A stretch of DNA of 64,000 bases, taken from contig NC_045696.1 in the NCBI RefSeq assembly GCF_009834535.1, positions 1,488,001-1,552,000 on the forward strand. The letters are read 5' to 3'. Below the pieces are notes generated by a model that had not been told where the DNA came from, made no database searches, and saw only the letters and a list, made by a program, of their open reading frames with translations. The first letter of the stretch is position 1. Each line of letters starts with the position of its first letter. A program made the position numbers and the translations under genes. Source of the DNA: Camelus ferus. Taxonomy: Eukaryota. Below are positions 63,848-64,000 of this stretch, one piece after another.

Positions 63848-64000
63848 GTGCAGAGGAAAGGCCATGTGAGGACACAGGGAGAAGGCAGCTGCCTACAAGC
63901 CGAGGAGAGAGGCCTCAGGAGACACCCACTCTGTCCACACCTTGGTCTTGGACTCCCAGCCTGCAGAACTGCGGGAGAATAAATGTCTGTTTAAGCTGCC
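63848..64000 (+). mobile_element. MLT1 (MaLR) LTR 3' part, runs off the window
   Basis: ggccatgtgaggacacagggagaaggcag...caccttggtcttggactcccagcctgcagaactg...aataaatgtctgtttaagc. Confidence 0.85.

Noticed and set aside
55300..64000. Exons of a further gene (e.g. the neighbour SUMO3 expected from human synteny) downstream of PTTG1IP
   Set aside because: No recognisable coding exon or CpG-island promoter; the region is repeats and unique non-coding sequence

Overview
Mammalian genomic DNA, GC-rich. It is very probably camelid (camel/alpaca/llama), because it carries five tRNA-Ala-derived SINEs of the camelid Vic-1 type. Two complete spliced genes lie in tandem on the + strand. ITGB2 (integrin beta-2/CD18) has a putative non-coding exon 1 ending at 10191 and 15 coding exons at 19880-34414 (2310 nt, 769 aa, all introns GT-AG). 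PTTG1IP (PBF) has 6 coding exons at 41896-53463 (531 nt, 176 aa). The rest is introns and intergenic DNA with CpG islands, LTR/L1/MIR/MER relics, a probable retroposed 3'UTR fragment and a degenerate ~21-bp tandem array. Nearly all long ORFs in the six-frame track are GC-rich shadow ORFs. No clearly new biological system is evident. The best leads are two in-frame stop-free ITGB2 introns, the CD18 signal-peptide -5 residue, the mini-beta-integrin-like architecture of PTTG1IP beside ITGB2, and the 21-bp array. Comparisons to human/bovine proteins and all repeat family names are from memory and need database confirmation.
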